In this document: positions 37,299-42,520 of the stretch, piece after piece
How the letters are laid out: each line of letters starts with the position of its first letter
How positions within the stretch are numbered: the first letter of the stretch is position 1
IMG/VR virus record: IMGVR_UViG_3300033076_000628
Coordinates: 1-42,520 of that record
Reading direction: 5' to 3' (one strand)
DNA from: a virus
Lineage: Duplodnaviria; Caudoviricetes
Length of the DNA: 42,520 nt
Notes under the pieces: model-generated
Database searches by the model: none
What the model was told of the DNA's origin: nothing
What the model saw: only the letters and a program-made list of their open reading frames with translations
Position numbers and translations under genes: made by a program

Positions 37299-37379
37299 TA
37301 GGACTGTCATTCTCCCTGAAAGTCGGCGGTTGCGCCCCGACCTTGATCCCCAGCGTTGTAAGACTCTGGGGATTTTTTT
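37285..37379 (+). ncRNA. candidate trans-acting anti-RBS sRNA
   Basis: Hairpin, unpaired UGUCAUUCUCCCU, hairpin, intrinsic terminator; no + strand gene upstream to explain the terminator. Confidence 0.65.
37346..37379 (+). terminator. intrinsic terminator of the candidate sRNA
   Basis: ATCCCCAG...CTGGGGAT 8-bp stem, inner GTT-GTAA-GAC (GNRA loop), T7 tail. Confidence 0.8.
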
Positions 37380-37730
37380 GTCCAAAATTTTTTGTGCTAT
37401 AAAATTTACTTGACTGTTTTAGTCGGATATAACGGCTTGTGTTTTTGTGCTATGAATTCGATAGCAGAGGTGGGGCTTTTTTATAACTTAAAAAGTTAGT
37501 AAACACTAACAAATGTATAGGCTTTGTTTGGAACACTGTTTATGTTCCGCAGCATACACGCACGTCCAAAAGGGGTGGTGCCCCCACCGTACCTCGCCCA
37601 TATAGCCAAATCGTTATATAGCGCCGCAGCGCGCCACGTTGCACAGTCTGTAGCTTGCGGGTGGACGCCGCATGATGTGGGCAAGACAGCAGCACTACTA
37701 CGTCCATAGTGTTGGCAGCGCCGCGAGACA

Positions 37731-37759
37731 GGATGGCCTCCAGATTCTGGAGGCCATCC
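37731..37759. repeat. 29-bp palindrome
   Basis: GGATGGCCTCCAGA-T-TCTGGAGGCCATCC, perfect 14-bp arms. Confidence 0.9.
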
Positions 37760-38124
37760 GCAAAGTCTATATACCCAATCGCTATATAGAACGGCTTTGT
37801 TATGTAGAGGGGTTAAGTTTGTGGGCTGTAGCTGTGGCTTTGCTGCGTTGGTGGCGCGGCTTGTTGGCTGTTTTTGTGCGTGTTCGGTGGACTTCTATGG
37901 ATACTTGCTGGGGTTACGCCTATTACAACCAGTGCATAGCACACAGTAGTCATCCAGAAGCCCCCGCATCACATAGACGGCACACAATAGCTATTAACTA
38001 TCTATGGCAACAAACCAATTGAATAACGACGAGTGACCTTAATGCACTGCAATGTCTGTTGTTTTTTTACAACACTTTTTCGCTAAGGCAGAATTAAGTG
38101 CATATTCTGACCTATCTAGTTGCG

Positions 38125-38137
38125 TAAGTTGTTGATT
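38125..38137 (-). promoter_or_regulatory. IHF binding site
   Basis: AATCAACAACTTA matches WATCAANNNNTTR; next to an AT-rich tract. Confidence 0.6.
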
Positions 38138-38453
38138 TAAAAGACTTAGCGGGGCTTCCTTTTGTTCTCTCTTATATATTTAATATATTTATATACGTGT
38201 GTATAGATATGTATGTACGTGTATATACACGTAAAAAGGGGGTGAATGACATTGCCCTACCATAGACACTTTTTACAAAACGGGCATGCTTTATTTTTTT
38301 CCGGACGTGCTACTAAAAAGATAGCGATAGGTTTTATGCGGGTTACAGAAGCACATGGCTGTTTTCTCCCGAATCGTGCTGGATAGGCAGGGTATCGTAA
38401 ACGCAGTGTACAATTCTGCCATAGACAACTTTTAAATAACATTGCCATACACT

Positions 38454-39347
38454 ATGAGAACCACATCACTAAACAAACTGGCCCGCTTGCTTAACCGCCC
38501 TGAGATTCCCGCGCATGTACAGATTGAAATAGTCAATGCAATGCGCAACACATCCAAGTCAGAACGCACATCTATTGCATGGAAACGTATATTTTCCATT
38601 CTTGCAGCAGACAAACGTAGCATTGTGAACAATCAAGGCAAGCGCCCGGAGTACCTCAAACAAGTCTATGCGGAATATTTAGCACTAATTGAAAAGGTAC
38701 ATACACGCATGAAGATCGCACAATTGCATGGAAGCCCGGAGGACGCAGAACGGGCGGCAGCAAAGCTAAACGCAGACCGGGCGCATGCTGGAGAGCCCCC
38801 GCTTGGTGCGTGCTCCACACACTGGGCCACGTGGATACCGCCAAAAGTGCGGGAAGACTTTTGCCATAAGGTGACTGTAGCGTATGAGCACGCAGGGCGC
38901 AGGGTAACTAATAAATTCATCCCGTTTTGCCCACCTAATCAACGGCGCGTGATCCACACAATGATTGTCAATCTTAAAAAAGCAATTAAGCGCGTACGCT
39001 CAAGGCACGAGAGCTACCCAGGTGCTAACCACGGTTACACGCCATACCGGGCACTATATCTAGCAGCTGCACGCATGGCCGAGCGCGGACTGGACAAGAT
39101 AACCAAAGGCTATGAGCTGGGCGCACTCAACCCGATAGACAACCCACCACCCGTTAACTGGCTAGCTCTGGTCGAGCCTGCCATGCGTGCCCGACTGCGT
39201 GCAGCACAAGAGAACCCGCACGACGTAGACCTACAAGGCCTCGAGACGTTCTACGCACCACTACCGGACAACACCCCCACCGACGAGCTGGACGCTACGG
39301 ACCAAGCGCATGCCAGCACTCATCCGCTAGAGGACATGGAGGACTAA
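38454..39347 (+). CDS. hypothetical basic helical protein
   Basis: ~298-aa ORF, first + strand gene after the control region; no recognised motif; start uncertain. Confidence 0.65.
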   Translation: MRTTSLNKLARLLNRPEIPAHVQIEIVNAMRNTSKSERTSIAWKRIFSILAADKRSIVNNQGKRPEYLKQVYAEYLALIEKVHTRMKIAQLHGSPEDAERAAAKLNADRAHAGEPPLGACSTHWATWIPPKVREDFCHKVTVAYEHAGRRVTNKFIPFCPPNQRRVIHTMIVNLKKAIKRVRSRHESYPGANHGYTPYRALYLAAARMAERGLDKITKGYELGALNPIDNPPPVNWLALVEPAMRARLRAAQENPHDVDLQGLETFYAPLPDNTPTDELDATDQAHASTHPLEDMED

Positions 39348-39395
39348 GGGATAACCCTTAAGGGTAAGCACCTAGAAAATAATTGTTGGCAGGCC

Positions 39396-39423
39396 TTGCA
39401 TTGGCTAATTATTGCGCTACACT
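39396..39423 (+). promoter_or_regulatory. early sigma70-like promoter
   Basis: TTGCAT-N16-TACACT upstream of the RBS at 39444; preceded by palindrome TAAGGG-ATAA-CCCTTA (39345-39360). Confidence 0.5.
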
Positions 39424-39456
39424 TTAGACATCAACAATGCAACGGAGAATGACAAA

Positions 39457-39741
39457 ATGGCAAGAATTGCATTTGAATGCGCAAAAGCGCGATACGTACA
39501 TCGATTCACCATGGACCACACCCCCGAATGGGCCAAAAAGCCCATGCCTAACGGTTTCTATTACGCACCGCAGTTCGCCAGTGACTGGGAATGGTATTCA
39601 AAAACAAAATTTCCCGGTGAACCCGGTCTGCACGGCAATTGCAAACACTGCGAGACGGGCGCGCCAACATGGCCGATAGGCCAAACTCTGTCTAAACAGT
39701 ACGCTAAAAGCACAGTTACACAATGCAGACTAAACAAATAG
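39457..39741 (+). CDS. early phage protein
   Basis: YVHRFTMDH.PEWA...YYAPQFASD.EW; RBS GGAG. Confidence 0.7.
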   Translation: MARIAFECAKARYVHRFTMDHTPEWAKKPMPNGFYYAPQFASDWEWYSKTKFPGEPGLHGNCKHCETGAPTWPIGQTLSKQYAKSTVTQCRLNK

Positions 39742-39880
39742 GCAGACCACCACGGGCAACGCCGGCACCAAAGCCGGTGAGCTGGAGACCCAAGACGCAG
39801 GCAATACGCGACTACTACCTGCAGCTAGGTGGTGCTAGATGGCTAAACAGACTTTTAACTAACCTAAAGGAGAATGCGAA

Positions 39881-40030
39881 ATGAAACGCTATGTAATACG
39901 TCATGACGACGATCTTGAGTTTCCCTACGAAGTGTGGGATACCACGACAGACAAACTCATTGACGCATTTAAAGCACGCTGGCAGGCCGAAGAGTTCGCC
40001 GCAGAATGCGAAGGGGATAGCAATGACTGA
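39881..40030 (+). CDS. 49-aa early protein (not in the ORF track)
   Basis: MKRYVIRHDDDLEFPYEVWDTTTDKLIDAFKARWQAEEFAAECEGDSND; RBS AAGGAG. Confidence 0.7.
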   Translation: MKRYVIRHDDDLEFPYEVWDTTTDKLIDAFKARWQAEEFAAECEGDSND

Positions 40031-40232
40031 CCGCAAAAACAAAGCCCGGATCATCCGCAGCCTAGACGGACGACGCATCCGATTCACCCATAGGTTTAAC
40101 ACATGGCAGGTACTCAAGCCAAACGGGGACTGGAGAAATATCCGCCCCGAGCTGGCCCGGTGCTACGCAGCTGCGGGTTTCCCTATCGGTGTGCAGGGTT
40201 TACCTGCGCCTGTGCAGTATGAGTTGTTTTAG
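40023..40232 (+). CDS. early hypothetical protein
   Basis: MTDRKNKARII...; start overlaps the upstream stop. Confidence 0.6.
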   Translation: MTDRKNKARIIRSLDGRRIRFTHRFNTWQVLKPNGDWRNIRPELARCYAAAGFPIGVQGLPAPVQYELF

Positions 40233-40236
40233 GAGA
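40192..40236 (+). repeat. repeat A copy 1 (45 bp)
   Basis: Identical to 40638-40682. Confidence 0.95.
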
Positions 40237-40241
40237 ATGAA

Positions 40242-40598
40242 TTGAAAACACCGTATAGTTTTTTCTTGTCGCATGCGGGCTATAGTTATAACCCCGAGAC
40301 CCAGACCCCCGCGCAAGGTAGGGCACAGTGCGCTAAGGCACTAGCACAAGCAGAAGCCAAGGCCACGGAAGCGGGTCTTCGTACGATATGGGCTATTGAC
40401 GAAGACACAAACAGTTTAGATTTTACAGACGAAAGCTACCCCCTTTATAGGTGCTGTTTAGTGCGCGGGGAGAATGAGATTGTGCAAAGCCTGCATGGCG
40501 TAGATTTCGGTCCCGACGTACAACCTTGGGGTACGCCATACGCAAGAGTATTAGCGGCGGAGCTAGCTCTAGAGCATTTCAGAGGACTAACAAAATGA
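40242..40598 (+). CDS. early hypothetical protein (TTG start)
   Basis: FFLSHAGYSYNP...SLHGVDF...YARV; RBS AGGAG. Confidence 0.7.
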   Translation: MKTPYSFFLSHAGYSYNPETQTPAQGRAQCAKALAQAEAKATEAGLRTIWAIDEDTNSLDFTDESYPLYRCCLVRGENEIVQSLHGVDFGPDVQPWGTPYARVLAAELALEHFRGLTK

Positions 40599-40626
40599 AA
40601 ATCAAAACAGCAGAACTCACAGGCGC
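40583..40626 (+). repeat. repeat B copy 1 (44 bp), containing a truncated NinX start MKIKTAELTGA*
   Basis: Identical to 40854-40897. Confidence 0.95.
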
Positions 40627-40637
40627 GTAATGCACGA

Positions 40638-40682
40638 TGCAGGGTTTACCTGCGCCTGTGCAGTATGAGTTGTTTTAGGAGA
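40638..40682 (+). repeat. repeat A copy 2
   Basis: TGCAGGGTTTACCTGCGCCTGTGCAGTATGAGTTGTTTTAGGAGA. Confidence 0.95.
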
Positions 40683-40687
40683 GCACC

Positions 40688-40861
40688 ATGGGAACGGATT
40701 TTAAAGTATATAAACGCAAGATTCACGTCTATTTAAAAAAACCAAAAGGACTCTATTACGTATGGTCTACCAATGCCTATAGAACGTGCCGCGATGCCGT
40801 GAAGGCCGCTAAAGAAAAGTACCCGCAACGGGACTTTAAAGCCTGCTTCGCAAAGGACTAA
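40688..40861 (+). CDS. 57-aa basic early protein (not in the ORF track)
   Basis: MGTDFKVYKRKIHVYLKKPKGLYYVWSTNAYRTCRDAVKAAKEKYPQRDFKACFAKD; RBS AGGAG. Confidence 0.7.
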   Translation: MGTDFKVYKRKIHVYLKKPKGLYYVWSTNAYRTCRDAVKAAKEKYPQRDFKACFAKD

Positions 40862-40897
40862 CAAAATGAAAATCAAAACAGCAGAACTCACAGGCGC
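40854..40897 (+). repeat. repeat B copy 2
   Basis: AGGACTAACAAAATGAAAATCAAAACAGCAGAACTCACAGGCGC. Confidence 0.95.
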
Positions 40898-41201
40898 AGC
40901 CCTTGCTTGGGCAGTGGCGAAGTGTGAGGGGTTTGCTCCCTTCACGGATGGAATTTCGTGGATTATTGACAAGGCAGGAACCTGGGTGCAGCTACCCAAA
41001 TACTCAACCGACTGGGCACAAGGCGGACCGATCATTGAGCGGGAGAAAATTGCCGTTCAGTTTGGCCCACAATGGACAGCAGTACATCACAAACATCTTG
41101 GGCGATTTCATTACGGACCCACCCCACTAGTCGCAGCAATGCGAACTTATGTGGCTTCCAAACTCGGCGACGAAGTGGAGGTGCCCAATGCACTATCTTA
41201 A
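40866..41201 (+). CDS. NinX-like (DUF2591) protein
   Basis: ELTGAALAWAVA...YSTDWAQGGPII...GPTPLVAAMR..VASKLG. Confidence 0.8.
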   Translation: MKIKTAELTGAALAWAVAKCEGFAPFTDGISWIIDKAGTWVQLPKYSTDWAQGGPIIEREKIAVQFGPQWTAVHHKHLGRFHYGPTPLVAAMRTYVASKLGDEVEVPNALS

Positions 41202-41415
41202 AGCGGCGGTACCGTACATGCTGCTGTACGTAATGGACTACTTTGCACTGGACTTAAGGATGCGGGGGTACGTGTTGCTGTGCGGTCTGCTGCTGTTCAC
41301 GCAAGTGTCTAGTTACTTCAGTGGGCTCAAACGAGGCATAACCATTGGGTGTATCGCCGGGGAGATTGCCCTACGCAAGACACTCGCGGATATTAAACAA
41401 ACTTTAGGAGAATGA
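41188..41415 (+). CDS. small membrane protein
   Basis: Two hydrophobic segments; GGAGG upstream of ATG 41188. Confidence 0.55.
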   Translation: MHYLKAAVPYMLLYVMDYFALDLRMRGYVLLCGLLLFTQVSSYFSGLKRGITIGCIAGEIALRKTLADIKQTLGE

Positions 41416-41418
41416 CAA

Positions 41419-41562
41419 ATGACGCTAGACGAAGCCATAAGACTTGCTATTGAGACGCTTGAAAATGTGCGGGGCAACATAAACCCCGAGAGGGGGTTTT
41501 GTGACGAACTTGAAGCAGACGTGCAGAAAGCCCTGGATGCGCTTACATCCGCAAGACAATAA
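41419..41562 (+). CDS. 47-aa early protein (not in the ORF track)
   Basis: MTLDEAIRLAIETLENVRGNINPERGFCDELEADVQKALDALTSARQ; RBS AGGAG. Confidence 0.65.
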   Translation: MTLDEAIRLAIETLENVRGNINPERGFCDELEADVQKALDALTSARQ

Positions 41563-41620
41563 CCAATAATTTACACCCGGCGAAAACGCCGAAAGAACCG
41601 TAACTTTAGGAGAATGACAA

Positions 41621-42079
41621 ATGACTACGTACTACATGCAAGACTATGCCGGGATGGTTTTTACAACCACTAACCCTGAGTACCACAAAGACTGCGCGAA
41701 ACTGACCGCCAAGAAGGGTAAAGCCGCGCTCATGACGCAAGCTAGGACAAGATTATTAGCGATACTGTCCCCCGGCGATACGGTGTATACAGTGCTGCGG
41801 CACGCCTCCTCCTCTGGGATGTCCCGGCGCATATCTCTGATCATCGCACACGCTGACCAGCTGCGCAATATCGACAGCCTAGCAGCGCAGGCCATGGACT
41901 GTAAACAATCGGACAAAGGCGGTATTGTTGTCGGTGGCTGCGGTATGGATATGGGCTTTGAACTCGTCTATAACTTGGGGCATGCGCTCTGGCCTAACGG
42001 CACACCAACACCACACGGTACCCGCAACGGCACACCAGATAAAGACGGTGGGTATGCACTGAAACATGAGTGGATTTAA
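41621..42079 (+). CDS. conserved early phage protein
   Basis: GDTVYTVLRH.S.SGMSR.I...VGGCGMDMGF.LVY.L. Confidence 0.75.
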   Translation: MTTYYMQDYAGMVFTTTNPEYHKDCAKLTAKKGKAALMTQARTRLLAILSPGDTVYTVLRHASSSGMSRRISLIIAHADQLRNIDSLAAQAMDCKQSDKGGIVVGGCGMDMGFELVYNLGHALWPNGTPTPHGTRNGTPDKDGGYALKHEWI

Positions 42080-42088
42080 GGGGCGCAT

Positions 42089-42331
42089 ATGCTAGAAGTT
42101 AAACAAATAACTTTCGCTGGGCGAAGCAGTGCAGTTATGTCTGTGCCTGCGGCAGTGGAGTTTGTTGTCGCAAGGAATGCGTGTGCTGCAGAACATTTAG
42201 AACGAATACAGGAAGAAATTGACACACTTAAACAGTTCGTAGGTGCCATTTTGGAACGCATGCCTGAACGCAACATACTTAACGTACTAAATGAAGTTTC
42301 ATACGGCTGGGAGAAAGACACAGCATGCTAA
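42089..42331 (+). CDS. early hypothetical protein
   Basis: 80-aa ORF with AAGGGG RBS. Confidence 0.6.
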   Translation: MLEVKQITFAGRSSAVMSVPAAVEFVVARNACAAEHLERIQEEIDTLKQFVGAILERMPERNILNVLNEVSYGWEKDTAC

Positions 42332-42520
42332 CCGCCATCCCATTCTCTGGCTTTTATGAGTCCGTACACAACAGTATGCTAGACGAAACGGAAGCAGCGA
42401 TATTTGGTGACCGCGATACTGGTATGGAAGTAAACGAAGCGCTACTTATGCGTATGTTTAAGGTTTGCGACTATCGTGCAGTACATATCAAGTACGCTAA
42501 AACTTACGCGGAAGCGTTCG
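42325..42520 (+). CDS. early phage protein, 3'-truncated by the window
   Basis: MLTAIPFSGFYESVH..., open to the end of the window. Confidence 0.6.
   Translation, partial: MLTAIPFSGFYESVHNSMLDETEAAIFGDRDTGMEVNEALLMRMFKVCDYRAVHIKYAKTYAEAF

Noticed and set aside
37285-37379. tRNA interpretation of the multi-hairpin element
   Set aside because: No acceptor stem, TTC-containing T-loop or CCA; it ends in an intrinsic terminator
37672-38022. 116-aa ORF in the control region
   Set aside because: No RBS, atypical composition, overlaps the palindromes; more likely non-coding, though not excluded
39412-40022. ORF-track starts at 39412 and 39903
   Set aside because: Better RBS-supported starts at 39457 and 40023; 39881-40030 is the likely real gene in the overlap
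40192-41625. Direct repeats considered as a mini-CRISPR array or att sites
   Set aside because: Only two copies each, separated by whole genes; no cas or integrase gene in the window

Overview
The window is most of the genome of a tailed dsDNA phage with podovirus-like architecture: portal, nozzle and internal/ejection proteins, and no tail tube, sheath or tape measure gene seen. The host is probably proteobacterial (inference from an IHF site and sigma70-type promoters). On the + strand, 1-2600 holds the end of the replication module: a DUF927-type primase/helicase and a DNA methyltransferase flanked by a 24-bp duplication. On the - strand, 37238->2569 is one long late region: terminases, portal, GroES-like protein, scaffold, major capsid, a Calx-beta/PKD accessory cassette, small basic proteins, adaptors, tail/fibre genes, lysis genes, nozzle and ejection proteins. 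After a ~1.2-kb non-coding control region, 38454-42520 (+) is a run of small early genes with recombination scars. Main findings: (1) a candidate ~95-nt sRNA, divergent from the late promoter, whose unpaired linker is complementary to a conserved RBS (GGAGAATGACA) of several early genes; (2) a terminase intein with an endonuclease VII gene in an alternative frame with its own RBS; (3) about 15 [YFML]-x-x-GG motifs across virion proteins, possibly a processing system; (4) a DDxxD prenyltransferase-like protein among the ejection genes; (5) a 5' leader that can form two pseudoknots; (6) a possibly split Calx-beta domain. All family calls are from motif recognition by eye; no searches were run.
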